Shown one piece after another: positions 28,201 through 43,200 of a stretch of 64,000 nucleotides of DNA. A program made the translations under genes and the position numbers. The first letter of the stretch is position 1. Each line of letters opens with the position of its first letter. This DNA comes from Raja brachyura (Eukaryota), in the NCBI GenBank assembly GCA_963514005.1, contig OY740799.1, positions 31,062,001 through 31,126,000 on the forward strand. Direction: 5' to 3'. The notes under the pieces were generated by a model. It was not told the origin of the DNA, ran no database searches, and worked only from the letters and a program-made list of their open reading frames with translations.

Positions 28201-31200
28201 ATTAATTGAATAAAGCGTGCGATCATACTATGGGCTGCATTACTTTTTACTTGTCAATCAGCGGCTGAATAATTCAGGGTCATCATGAACAATTTCAATT
28301 TCTTAATGTACCAACTTCAGATTTTGTGGAAGCTCAGCAGTATTCTAAGACCTATTGATCAGAAATTTAGAACATAAGGAGCGGTAAAGTGCCACAACTG
28401 GCGCAACTCCTACCTCACAGCACCAGAGACATCAGATTGATTTGTTCCGTGGGTGCTGTGTACATGGAGATGACATGCCCTCCCTGTTATGTGTTGCTTT
28501 CCTACAAGTATCTGAAATATATTTCACTAACCTGATGTGGTGCTGGTAGTGGTCTCTGTTGTTGATGTAGTTGTTGGTGTTCCTAGTGAAAGAAAATAAA
28601 GCAATATTTAACCAAGACAGCCAAGAGGAATTGGTATACAGCTAACTATTGGTAGTCAGGAAACCATCAGCAGCAATTCATATGCTGGTACACTTTATTA
28701 AAATGTTTAACAGATGACATTTTTGTTCAACCTAGAATAAAATGGCAAGGCAAAATATACTTTTGATAAATCAGCAGCTGAATATTTCAGTGCAATCACA
28801 ACTAATCCTGTTCTATCTATACACCAGTTGCGGATTTCCTGGAAGATCAACCGTCTTCCAAAGACTGCAAGGTCTACTTAATACCATATTTTATAATACC
28901 ATTATTCGTGGATCCATTTTTGAAAAATCTTTGAGCTGAAACAAAACTGTTTAACTGCGTTGCCATGACCAAAAACTACAGGAATAGTGGAAGAGGCGAA
29001 GGGAAGAGACCTTTTCTATAAAAGTGAAAATCCTTATCCATGTCTGCTGAAAGGTGCCAGACTCAATTCTCTTTTTAAAATTATGGCAGGCAATCAGCAA
29101 CAAATGGCCTCCTCAATTCGGTAGTTGTTTCTATATTTTCATGGTGAGAAACTACATTTTTTGAATAAAGCAATGAACAAATATTCCTGAAGAGGGGGCT
29201 ATATAGAGCTTCACTAAACAAAGCACAGAGTCCAAAAGGAAACGCTAACAAGATTGATAGATGATGTTACTAACCTGATGTAGTGCTGGTAGTGGTCTCA
29301 GTTGTTGGTGTCGTTTCTAGTGAAAGAAAAGATTGCTCTATTCAAGTGGGGCAGCCAAGAGAATTGGTACGCAGTTATAAAGCCATCAACAGGAATTCAT
29401 GAGCTGGCACATTTTATGAAAGTGTTTTCATGTGTAGTTTGGTTGCTTCTTACTAATATGCAAAGATAAACTGCTCAGCAACAACAGACTGTGTCCCCCG
29501 TGGCCTCTCCACGGCGTTCTGCGCCCAGCACGCTTATTTCACCACCTCGCCGGTCACTTTCCCGGACACTTCACCGGTGAATTCCCCATCACTTTACCGA
29601 TTAATTGAATAAAGCGTGCGGCCATACTATACGGCTGCATTACTTTTTCCTTGTCAATCAGCAGCTGAATATTTCAGGGCCATCATAAACAATTTCAATT
29701 TCTTAATGTACCAACTTCAGATTTTGTGGAAGCTCAGCAAGTATTCCAAGAACTACTGATCAGAAATGTCGAACATAAGGAGCGGTAAAGTGCCAAAACT
29801 GTTGCAACTCCTACCTCACAGCACCAGAGACATCAGATTGATTTGTTCCGTGGGTGTTGTGTGCATGGAGATGACATGTCCTCCCTGTTATGTGTGGCTT
29901 TCCTACAAATGTCTGAAATATATTGTCACTAACCTGATGTAGTACTGGTAGTCGTCTCAGTTATTGATGTAGTTGTTGGTGTTCCTGGTGAAAGAAAATA
30001 ACGCAATATTCAACCAAGACGGCAAGAGGAATTGGTACACAGCTAACTATTGGCAGTCAAGAAACCATCAGAAGGAATTCATAGGCTGGCACGCATTATT
30101 AAAAATTTTAACAGATGGCATTTTTGTTCTTCGTAGAATAAAATGACAGAGCAAAATATATTTGATCAATCAGCAGCTGAATATTTCTGTGCCATCACAA
30201 ATAAACCTGTTCTGACTATACATCAGTTACGGATATCCTGGAAGATTACCGTCTTCCAAAGACCTCAAAATCACCATGTTGTCCAATACCATTATTTGTT
30301 GAACCATGTTTGAAAAATCTTTGAGCTGAAACAAAACTGTTTAACAGCGTTGCCATGACAAAAAAACTCCCGGAAATCTGGAGGAGGCGAAGGGAAGAGA
30401 CCTTTTCTAAAAAGCGAAAATCCTTATCCATGTCAACTGAAAAATGCCAGATTTAATGCTGTTTGTGAGATTATTGTAGGCAACCAGCACCAAAAGGCCT
30501 CCTTAATTTGGTAGTTGTTTCTATATTTTTGTGGTGAGAAACTACATTTTTGGAATAAAACAATGAACAAATATTCATGAAGAGGGGGCTATATAGAGCT
30601 TCACTAAACAAAGCACAGAGTCCAAAAGGAAAAGCTAACAAGATTGATAGATGATGATACTAACCTGATGTAGTGCTGGTGGTGGTCTCAGTTGTTGGTG
30701 TTGTTTCTAGTGAAAGAAAAGATTGCTCTATTCAAGTGGGGCAGCCAAGAGAATTGGAACGCAGATATGAAGCCATCAACAGGAATTCATCAACTGGCAT
30801 ATTTTATGAAAACGTTTTACTAGTTGTCACTTTCTTCATCAGTGAATAAACCATGCGGCCATACTATACGGCTGCATTACTTTTTCCTTGTCTTTGAGAA
30901 ATTGCATCTGATCAGGCATCCAGAAATATTGATTTGGCACAGCTGTGCAGCTGGTAGAGCTGCAGCCTCATAGTGTCATAGATTTGTATTCTATCCTAAC
31001 CTCGGGTGCTGTCAGGGCTGGGATTGCACGTTCTCCCTTTCACTACCTGTGATCCCCCCAAGTTTTTAACAGAGGATGATACTGACCTGATGTAGTGGTG
31101 GTCCCAGATGTTGATGTAGTTGTTTCTAGTGAAATAAAAAAATGTTATGTTCCACTGAGACAAACAAGAGGAATAGTTATGCGGTTTAGAATCCTCCAAC

Positions 31201-34200
31201 AGGAATATATCAACTGGCACCTTTTAATAAGAAATTTTACACTTGATCTTTACTTATCAGTGAATATAGCGTATGGCCATACTATGCTGCTGCATTACTT
31301 TTTCCTTGTCAATCAGCTGCTGAATGTCAGGGCCACCACAAATAATTCCAACTTCTTAATGTACCAACTTCAGATTTTGTGGAAGCTCAGCAAGTATTCC
31401 AAGAACTACTGATCATAAATTTACAACATAAGCAGCGGTAAAGTGCCACAACTGTTGCAACTCCTACCTCACAGCACCAGAGACTTCAGATTGATTTGTT
31501 CCGTGGGTGCTGTGTGCATGGAGATTACATGTACTCCCTGTTATGTGTGCCTTTCCTACATGTGTGTGAAATATATTGACACTAACCTGATGTAGTACTG
31601 GTAGTGGTCTCTGTTGTTGATGTAGTTGTTGGTGTTTCTAGTGAAAGAAAATAATGCAATATTCAACCAGGACAGCCAAGAGGAATTGGTACATAGCTAA
31701 CTATTGGTAGTCAGGAAACCATCAGCAGGAATTCATATGGTGGCACACTTAATTGAAATGTTGAACAGAAGGCATTTTTGTTCTTCACAGAATAAAATTG
31801 TAGGGAAAATATAATTTTGATCAATCAGAAGCTGAATATTTCAGTGCCATCACAAATAATTCTGTTCTATCTATACACCAGTTGCAGATTTCCTGGAAGA
31901 TCAACCATCTTCCAAAGACTGCAAGGTCTACTTAATACCATCATTTCCGATAGTATGTACTGTGTGTACTATGGGTAAGCATGTCTGTTCATATGCCCCA
32001 TTGATACATGATTATCAACTTGCATAAATTGTGTTCATTATAATCATGTTTTTGATTTTTGCTATGGAATGGCCGTAGAAATTGAGAAGCAGAAAACACC
32101 AACTCATTTCCTCCACAAATCCAAACTATTTTGAAATTGTGACATAATTTGGTAGAATTGTTATGAGTCAAACATTGACATCTTAACATGTATATTTGCA
32201 CAATTTATGCCAATAATTTAAGCAAAGATGCAAGAAGTAAGTCACAGAGCTGATGTTAGAAATGTTGTCTCATTGTCTTCGATTTGCCAATGTTTATTGA
32301 AAGTGGTTTGACTCACCTGTTGTGGAACTGGAGGTAGTCTCAGTTGTTCCAGTTGTCAAAGATGTTGTTGGTGTTGTTCCTGGAGAGCAAATAGAAAAGA
32401 ATTTACAAATTGAATTGCAAGAGTCACCAATCAATTTCAGTACGACACTGTACATTTTCAAAAGACTGGGCTGAATTTTAACAATGTTCATTGCTTGTGC
32501 CTATGCAAAGGACATTTATTAGTAAACCAAATTTTGTTTCGTCATTTATCAAATGCACCGAAATTATAAATAGACATTGTGATTTTTAGAAGAAAGTTCT
32601 AAACTCCTTCGTTGATCAACTTTGGAACCATCATTGAGCAGAAACAAAACTGTTTAACAGCGCTGCCATGACCAAAAACTCCCGGAATAGTGGAGGAGGC
32701 GAAGGGAAGAGACCTTTTCTAAAAAGTGAAAATCCTTATCCATGTCAACTGAAAAGTGCAGATTTAATGCTCTTTTTGAAATTATTGTAGGCAACCAGCA
32801 CCAAAAGGCCTCATTAATTTGGTATTTACTTCTATATTTTCGTGGTGAGAAACTACATTTTTGGAATAAAGCAATGAACAAATATTCATGAAGAGGGTGC
32901 GATATGGAGCTTCACTAAACAAAGCACCGAATCCAAAAGGAAAAGTTAACAAGATTGATAGATGATGTTACTAACCTGATGTAGTGCTGGTGGTGGTCTC
33001 AGTTGTTGGTGTCGTTTCTAGTGAAAGAAAAGATTGCTCTATTCAAGTGGGGCAGCCAAGAGGAATTGGTACTCAGTTATAAAGCCATCAACAGGAATTC
33101 ATGAGCTGGCACATTTCATGAAAGTGTTTTAATATGTAGATTGGTTACTTCTTACTAATATGCGAAGATAAACTGCTCAGCAACAACAGACTGTATCCTC
33201 CGCAGCCGCTCCATGGCGTTCTGCACCCAGCACGCTTATTTCACCACCTCCAATCGGTGTGTCTCCGGTGCCATCCCCGGTCACTTCCCCGTCACTTTAT
33301 CGATTAATTGAATAAAGCGTGCGATCATACTATGGGCTGCATTACTTTTTACTTGTCAATCAGCGGCTGAATAATTCAGGGTCATCATGAACAATTTCAA
33401 TTTCTTAATGTACCAACTTCAGATTTTGTGGAAGCTCAGCAGTATTCTAAGAACTATTGATCAGAAATTTAGAACATAAGGAGCGGTAAAGTGCCACAAC
33501 TGGCGCAACTCCTACCTCACAGCACCAGAGACATCAGATTGATTTGTTCCGTGGGTGCTGTGTACATGGAGATGACATGCCCTCCCTGTTATGTGTTGCT
33601 TTCCTACAAGTATCTGAAATATATTTCACTAACCTGATGTGGTGCTGGTAGTGGTCTCTGTTGTTGATGTAGTTGTTGGTGTTCCTAGTGAAAGAAAATA
33701 AAGCAATATTTAACCAAGACAGCCAAGAGGAATTGGTATACAGCTAACTATTGGTAGTCAGGAAACCATCAGCAGCAATTCATATGCTGGTACACTTTAT
33801 TAAAATGTTTAACAGATGACATTTTTGTTCAACCTAGAATAAAATGGCAAGGCAAAATATACTTTTGATAAATCAGCAGCTGAATATTTCAGTGCAATCA
33901 CAAATAATCCTGTTCTATCTATACACCAGTTGCGGATTTCCTGGAAGATCAACCGTCTTCCAAAGACTGCAAGGTCTACTTAATACCATATTTTATAATA
34001 CCATTATTCGTGGATCCATTTTTGAAAAATCTTTGAGCTGAAACAAAACTGTTTAACTGCGTTGCCATGACCAAAACCTACAGGAATAGTGGAAGAGGCG
34101 AAGGGAAGAGACCTTTTCTATAAAAGTGAAAATCCTTATCCATGTCTGCTGAAAGGTGCCAGACTCAATTCTCTTTTTAAAATTATGGCAGGCAATCAGC

Positions 34201-37200
34201 AACAAATGGCCTCCTCAATTCGGTAGTTGTTTCTATATTTTCATGGTGAGAAACTACATTTTTTGAATAAAGCAATGAACAAATATTCCTGAAGAGGGGG
34301 CTATATAGAGCTTCACTAAACAAAGCACAGAGTCCAAAAGTAAACGCTAACAAGATTGATAGATGATGTTACTAACCTGATGTAGTGCTGGTAGTGGTCT
34401 CAGTTGTTGGTGTCGTTTCTAGTGAAAGAAAAGATTGCTCTATTCAAGTGGGGCAGCCAAGAAAATTGGTACGCAGTTATAAAGCCATCAACAGGAATTC
34501 ATGAGCTGGCACATTTTATGAAAGTGTTTTCATGTGTAGTTTGGTTGCTTCTTACTAATATGCAAAGATAAACTGCTCAGCAACAACAGACTGTGTCCCC
34601 CGTGGCCTCTCCACGGCGTTCTGCGCCCAGCACGCTTATTTCACCACCTCGCCGGTCACTTTCCCGGACACTTCACCGGTGAATTCCCCATCACTTTACC
34701 GATTAATTGAATAAAGCGTGCGGCCATACTATACGGCTGCATTACTTTTTCCTTGTCAATCAACAGCTGAATATTTCAGGGCCATCATAAACAATTTCAA
34801 TTTCTTAATGTACCAACTTCAGATTTTGTGGAAGCTCAGCAAGTATTCCAAGAACTACTGATCAGAAATGTCGAACATAAGGAGCGGTAAAGTGCCAAAA
34901 CTGTTGCAACTCCTACCTCACAGCACCAGAGACATCAGATTGATTTGTTCCATGGGTGTTGTGTGCATGGAGATGACATGTCCTCCCTGTTATGTATGGC
35001 TTTCCTACAAATGTCTGAAATATATTGTCACTAACCTGATGTAGTACTGGTAGTGGTCTCAGTTATTGATGTAGTTGTTGGTGTTCCTGGTGAAAGAAAA
35101 TAACGCAATATTCAACCAAGACGGCAAGAGGAATTGGTACACAGCTAACTATTGGCAGTCAAGAAACCATCAGAAGGAATTCATAGGCTGGCACGCATTA
35201 TTAAAAATTTTAACAGATGGCATTTTTGTTCTTCGTAGAATAAAATGACAGAGCAAAATATATTTGATCAATCAGCAGCTGAATATTTCTGTGCCATCAC
35301 AAATAAACCTGTTCTGACTATACATCAGTTACGGATATCCTGGAAGATTACCGTCTTCCAAAGACCTCAAAATCACCATGTTGTCCAATACCATTATTTG
35401 TTGAACCATGTTTGAAAAATCTTTGAGCTGAAACAAAACTGTTCAACAGCGTTGCCATGACAAAAAAACTCCCGGAAATCTGGAGGAGGCGAAGGGAAGA
35501 GACCTTTTCTAAAAAGCGAAAATCCTTATCCATGTCAACTGAAAAATGCCAGATTTAATGCTGTTTGTGAAATTATTGTAGGCAACCAGCACCAAAAGGC
35601 CTCCTTAATTTGGTAGTTGTTTCTATATTTTTGTGGTGAGAAACTACATTTTTGGAATAAAACAATGAACAAATATTCATGAAGAGGGGGCTATATAGAG
35701 CTTCACTAAACAAAGCACAGAGTCCAAAAGGAAAAGCTAACAAGATTGATAGATGATGATACTAACCTGATGTAGTGCTGGTGGTGGTCTCAGTTGTTGG
35801 TGTTGTTTCTAGTGAAAGAAAAGATTGCTCTATTCAAGTGGGGCAGCCAAGAGAATTGGAACGCAGATATGAAGCCATCAACAGGAATTCATCAACTGGC
35901 ATATTTTATGAAAACGTTTTACTAGTTGTCACTTTCTTCATCAGTGAATAAACCATGCGGCCATACTATACGGCTGCATTACTTTTTCCTTGTCTTTGAG
36001 AAATTGCATCTGATCAGGCATCTAGAAATATTGATTTGGCACAGCTGTGCAGCTGATAGAGCTGCAGCCTCATAGTGTCATAGATTTGTATTCTATCCTA
36101 ACCTCGGGTGCTGTCAGGGCTGGGATTGCACGTTCTCCCTTTCACTACCTGTGATCCCCCCAAGTTTTTAACAGAGGATGATACTGACCTGATGTAGTGG
36201 TGGTCCCAGATGTTGATGTAGTTGTTTCTAGTGAAATAAAAAAATGTTATGTTCCACTGAGACAAACAAGAGGAATTGTTATGCAGTTTAGAATCCTCCA
36301 ACAGGAATTTATCAACTGGCACCTTTTAATAAGAAATTTTACACTTGATCTTTCCTTATCAGTGAATATAGCGTATGGCCATACTATGCTGCTGCATTAC
36401 TTTTTCCTTGTCAATCAGCTGCTGAATGTCAGGGCCACCACAAATAATTACAACTTCTTAATGTACCAACTTCAGATTTTGTGGAAGCTCAGCAAGTATT
36501 CCAAGAACTACTGATCATAAATTTACAACATAAGCAGCGGTAAAGTGCCACAACTGTTGCAACTCCTACCTCACAGCACCAGAGACGTCAGATTGATTTG
36601 TTCCGTGGGTGCTGTGTGCATGGAGATTACATGTACTCCCTGTTATGTGTGCCTTTCCTACATGTGTGTGAAATATATTGTCACTAACCTGATGTAGTAC
36701 TGGTAGTGGTCTCTGTTGTTGATGTCGTTGTTGGTGTTTCTAGTGAAAGAAAATAATGCAATATTCAACCAGGACAGCCAAGAGGAATTGGTACATAGCT
36801 AACTATTGGTAGTCAGGAAACCATCAGCAGGAATTCATATGGTGGCACACTTAATTGAAATGTTGAACAGAAGGCATTTTTGTTCTTCACAGAATAAAAT
36901 TGTAGGGAAAATATAATTTTGATCAATCAGAAGCTGAATATTTCAGTGCCATCACAAATAATTCTGTTCTATCTATACACCAGTTGCAGATTTCCTGGAA
37001 GATCAACCATCTTCCAAAGACTGCAAGGTCTACTTAATACCATCATTTCCGATAGTATGTACTGTGTGTACTATGGGTAAGCATGTCTGTTCATATGCCC
37101 CATTGATACATGATTATCAACTTGCATAAATTGTGTTCATTATAATCATGTTTTTGATTTTTGCTATGGAATGGCCGTAGAAATTGAGAAGCAGAAAACA

Positions 37201-40200
37201 CCAACTCATTCAAACTATTTTGAAATTGTGACATAATTTGGTAGAATTGTTATGAGTCAAACATTGACATCTTAACATGTATATTTGCACAATTTATGCC
37301 AATAATTTAAGCAAAGATGCAAGAAGTAAGTCACAGAGCTGATGTTAGAAATGTTGTCTCATTGTCTTCGATTTGCCAATGTTTATTGAAAGTGGTTTGA
37401 CTCACCTGTTGTGGAACTGGAGGTAGTCTCAGTTGTTCCAGTTGTCAAAGATGTTGTTGGTGTTGTTCCTGGAGAGCAAATAGAAAAGAATTTACAAATT
37501 GAATTGCAAGAGTCACCAATCAATTTCAGTACGACACTGTACATTTTCAAAAGACTGGGCTGAATTTTAACAATGTTCATTGCTTGTGCCTATGCAAAGG
37601 ACATTTATTAGTAAACCAAATTTTGTTTCGTCATTTATCAAATGCACCGAAATTATAAATAGACATTGTGATTTTTAGAAGAAAGTTCTAAACTCCTTCG
37701 TTGATCAACTTTGGAACCATCATTGAGCAGAAACAAAACTGTTTAACAGCGCTGCCATGACCAAAAACTCCCGGAATAGTGGAGGAGGCGAAGGGAAGAG
37801 ACCTTTTCTAAAAAGTGAAAATCCTTATCCATGTCAACTGAAAAGTGCAGATTTAATGCTCTTTTTGAAATTATTGTAGGCAACCAGCACCAAAAGGCCT
37901 CATTAATTTGGTATTTACTTCTATATTTTCGTGGTGAGAAACTACATTTTTGGAATAAAGCAATGAACAAATATTCATGAAGAGGGTGCGATATGGAGCT
38001 TCACTAAACAAAGCACCGAATCCAAAAGGAAAAGTTAACAAGATTGATAGATGATGTTACTAACCTGATGTAGTGCTGGTGGTGGTCTCAGTTGTTGGTG
38101 TTGTTTCTAGTGAAAGAAAAGATTGCTCTATTCAAGTGGGGCAGCCAAGAGGAATTGGTACTCAGTTATAAAGCCATCAACAGGAATTCATGAGCTGGCA
38201 CATTTCATGAAAGTGTTTTAATATGTAGATTGGTTACTTCTTACTAATATGCGAAAATAAACTGCTCAGCAACAACAGACTGTATCCCCCGCAGCCGCTC
38301 CATGGCGTTCTGCACCCAGCACGCTTATTTCACCACCTCCAATCGGTGTGTCTCCGGTGCCATCCCCGGTCACTTCCCCGTCACTTTATCGATTAATTGA
38401 ATAAAGCGTGCGATCATACTATGGGCTGCATTACTTTTTACTTGTCAATCAGCGGCTGAATAATTCAGGGTCATCATGAACAATTTCAATTTCTTAATAT
38501 ACCAACTTCAGATTTTGTGGAAGCTCAGCAGTATTCTAAGACCTATTGATCAGAAATTTAGAACATAAGGAGCGGTAAAGTGCCACAACTGGCGCAACTC
38601 CTACCTCACAGCACCAGAGACATCAGATTGATTTGTTCCGTGGGTGCTGTGTACATGGAGATGACATGCCCTCCCTGTTATGTGTTGCTTTCCTACAAGT
38701 ATCTGAAATATATTTCACTAACCTGATGTGGTGCTGGTAGTGGTCTCTGTTGTTGATGTAGTTGTTGGTGTTCCTAGTGAAAGAAAATAAAGCAATATTT
38801 AACCAAGACAGCCAAGAGGAATTGGTATACAGCTAACTATTGGTAGTCAGGAAACCATCAGCAGCAATTCATATGCTGGTACACTTTATTAAAATGTTTA
38901 ACAGATGACATTTTTGTTCAACCTAGAATAAAATGGCAAGGCAAAATATACTTTTGATAAATCAGCAGCTGAATATTTCAGTGCAATCACAAATAATCCT
39001 GTTCTATCTATACACCAGTTGCGGATTTCCTGGAAGATCAACCGTCTTCCAAAGACTGCAAGGTCTACTTAATACCATATTTTATAATACCATTATTCGT
39101 GGATCCATTTTTGAAAAATCTTTGAGCTGAAACAAAACTGTTTAACTGCGTTGCCATGACCAAAAACTACAGGAATAGTGGAAGAGGCGAAGGGAAGAGA
39201 CCTTTTCTATAAAAGTGAAAATCCTTATCCATGTCTGCTGAAAGGTGCCAGACTCAATTCTCTTTTTAAAATTATGGCAGGCAATCAGCAACAAATGGCC
39301 TCCTCAATTCGGTAGTTGTTTCTATATTTTCATGGTGAGAAACTACATTTTTTGAATAAAGCAATGAACAAATATTCCTGAAGAGGGGGCTATATAGAGC
39401 TTCACTAAACAAAGCACAGAGTCCAAAAGGAAACGCTAACAAGATTGATAGATGATGTTACTAACCTGATGTAGTGCTGGTAGTGGTCTCAGTTGTTGGT
39501 GTCGTTTCTAGTGAAAGAAAAGATTGCTCTATTCAAGTGGGGCAGCCAAGAGAATTGGTACGCAGTTATAAAGCCATCAACAGGAATTCATGAGCTGGCA
39601 CATTTTATGAAAGTGTTTTCATGTGTAGTTTGGTTGCTTCTTACAAATATGCAAAGATAAACTGCTCAGCAACAACAGACTGTGTCCCCCGTGGCCTCTC
39701 CACGGCGTTCTGCGCCCAGCACGCTTATTTCACCACCTCGCCGGTCACTTTCCCGGACACTTCACCGGTGAATTCCCCATCACTTTACCGATTAATTGAA
39801 TAAAGCGTGCGGCCATACTATACGGCTGCATTACTTTTTCCTTGTCAATCAGCAGCTGAATATTTCAGGGCCATCATAAACAATTTCAATTTCTTAATGT
39901 ACCAACTTCAGATTTTGTGGAAGCTCAGCAAGTATTCCAAGAACTACTGATCAGAAATGTCGAACATAAGGAGCGGTAAAGTGCCAAAACTGTTGCAACT
40001 CCTACCTCACAGCACCAGAGACATCAGATTGATTTGTTCCGTGGGTGTTGTGTGCATGGAGATGACATGTCCTCCCTGTTATGTGTGGCTTTCCTACAAA
40101 TGTCTGAAATATATTGTCACTGACCTGATATAGTACTGGTAGTGGTCTCAGTTATTGATGTAGTTGTTGGTGTTCCTGGTGAAAGAAAATAACGCAATAT

Positions 40201-43200
40201 TCAACCAAGACGGCAAGAGGAATTGGTACACAGCTAACTATTGGCAGTCAAGAAACCATCAGAAGGAATTCATAGGCTGGCACGCATTATTAAAAATTTT
40301 AACAGATGGCATTTTTGTTCTTCGTAGAATAAAATGACAGAGCAAAATATATTTGATCAATCAGCAGCTGAATATTTCTGTGCCATCACAAATAAATCTG
40401 TTCTGACTATACATCAGTTACGGATATCCTGGAAGATTACCATCTTCCAAAGACCTCAAAATCACCATGTTGTCCAATACCATTATTTGTTGAACCATGT
40501 TTGAAAAATCTTTGAGCTGAAACAAAACTGTTTAACAGCGTTGCCATGACAAAAAAACTCCCGGAAATCTGGAGGAGGCGAAGGGAAGAGACCTTTTCTA
40601 AAAAGCGAAAATCCTTATCCATGTCAACTGAAAAATGCCAGATTTAATGCTGTTTGTGAAATTATTGTAGGCAACCAGCACCAAAAGGCGTCCTTAATTT
40701 GGTAGTTGTTTCTATATTTTTGTGGTGAGAAACTACATTTTTGGAATAAAACAATGAACAAATATTCATGAAGAGGGGGCTATATAGAGCTTCACTAAAC
40801 AAAGCACAGAGTCCAAAAGGAAAAGCTAACAAGATTGATAGATGATGATACTAACCTGATGTAGTGCTGGTGGTGGTCTCAGTTGTTGGTGTTGTTTCTA
40901 GTGAAAGAAAAGATTGCTCTATTCAAGTGGGGCAGCCAAGAGAATTGGAACGCAGATATGAAGCCATCAACAGGAATTCATCAACTGGCATATTTTATGA
41001 AAACGTTTTACTAGTTGTCACTTTCTTCATCAGTGAATAAACCATGCGGCCATACTATACGGCTGCATTACTTTTTCCTTGTCTTTGAGAAATTGCATCT
41101 GATCAGGCATCTAGAAAGATTGATTTGGCACAGCTGTGCAGCTGGTAGAGCTGCAGCCTCATAGTGTCATAGATTTGTATTCTATCCTAACCTCGGGTGC
41201 TGTCAGGGCTGGGATTGCACGTTCTCCCTTTCATTACCTGTGATCCCCCCAAGTTTTTAACAGAGGATGATACTGACCTGATGTAGTGGTGGTCCCAGAT
41301 GTTGATGTAGTTGTTTCTAGTGAAATAAAAAAATGTTATGTTCCACTGAGACAAACAAGAGGAATAGTTATGTGGTTTAGAATCCTCCAACAGGAATTTA
41401 TCAACTGGCACCTTTTAATAAGAAATTTTACACTTGATCTTGACTTATCAGTGAATATAGCATATGGCCATACTATGCTGCTGCATTACTTTTTCCTTGT
41501 CAATCAGCTGCTGAATGTCAGGGCCACCACAAATAATTCCAACTTCTTAATGTACCAACTTCAGATTTTGTGGAAGCTCAGCAAGTATTCCAAGAACTAC
41601 TGATCATAAATTTACAACATAAGCAGCGGTAAAGTGCCACAACTGTTGCAACTCCTACCTCACAGCACCAGAGACTTCAGATTGATTTGTTCCGTGGGTG
41701 CTGTGTGCATGGAGATTACATGTACTCACTGTTATGTGTGCCTTTCCTACATGTGTGTGAAATATATTGTCACTAACCTGATGTAGTACTGGTAGTGGTC
41801 TCTGTTGTTGATGTAGTTGTTGGTGTTTCTAGTGAAAGAAAATAATGCAATATTCAACCAGGACAGCCAAGAGGAATTGGTACATAGCTAACTATTGGTA
41901 GTCAGGAAACCATCAGCAGGAATTCATATGGTGGCACACTTAATTGAAATGTTGAACAGAAGGCATTTTTGTTCTTCACAGAATAAAATTGTAGGGAAAA
42001 TATAATTTTGATCAATCAGAAGCTGAATATTTCAGTGCCATCACAAATAATTCTGTTCTATCTATACACCAGTTGCAGATTTCCTGGAAGATCAACCATC
42101 TTCCAAAGACTGCAAGGTCTACTTAATACCATCATTTCCGATAGTATGTACTGTGTGTACTATGGGTAAGCATGTCTGTTCATATGCCCCATTGATACAT
42201 GATTATCAACTTGCATAAATTGTGTTCATTATAATCATGTTTTTGATTTTTACTATGGAATGGCCGTAGAAATTGAGAAGCAGAAAACACCAACTCATTT
42301 CCTCCACAAATCCAAACTATTTTGAAATTGTGACATAATTTGGTAGAATTGTTATGAGTCAAACATTGACATCTTAACATGTATATTTGCACAATTGATG
42401 CCAATAATTTAAGCAAAGATGCAAGAAGTAAGTCACAGAGCTGATGTTAGAAATGTTGTCTCATTGTCTTCGATTTGCCAATGTTTATTGAAAGTGGTTT
42501 GACTCACCTGTTGTGGAACTGGAGGTAGTCTCAGTTGTTCCAGTTGTCAAAGATGTTGTTGGTGTTGTTCCTGGAGAGCAAATAGAAAAGAATTTACAAA
42601 TTGAATTGCAAGAGTCACCAATCAATTTCAGTACGACACTGTACATTTTCAAAAGACTGGGCTGAATTTTAACAATGTTCATTGCTTGTGCCTATGCAAA
42701 GGACATTTATTAGTAAACCAAATTTTGGTTCGTCATTTATCAAATGCACCGAAATTATAAATAGACATTGTGATTTTTAGAAGAAAGTTCTAAACTCCTT
42801 CGTTGATCAACTTTGGAACCATCATTGAGCAGAAACAAAACTGTTTAACAGCGCTGCCATGACCAAAAACTCCCGGAATAGTGGAGGAGGCGAAGGGAAG
42901 AGACCTTTTCTAAAAAGTGAAAATCCTTATCCATGTCAACTGAAAAGTGCAGATTTAATGCTCTTTTTGAAATTATTGTAGGCAACCAGCACCAAAAGGC
43001 CTCATTAATTTGGTATTTACTTCTATATTTTCGTGGTGAGAAACTACATTTTTGGAATAAAGCAATGAACAAATATTCATGAAGAGGGTGCGATATGGAG
43101 CTTCACTAAACAAAGCACCGAATCCAAAAGGAAAAGTTAACAAGATTGATAGATGATGTTACTAACCTGATGTAGTGCTGGTGGTGGTCTCAGTTGTTGG

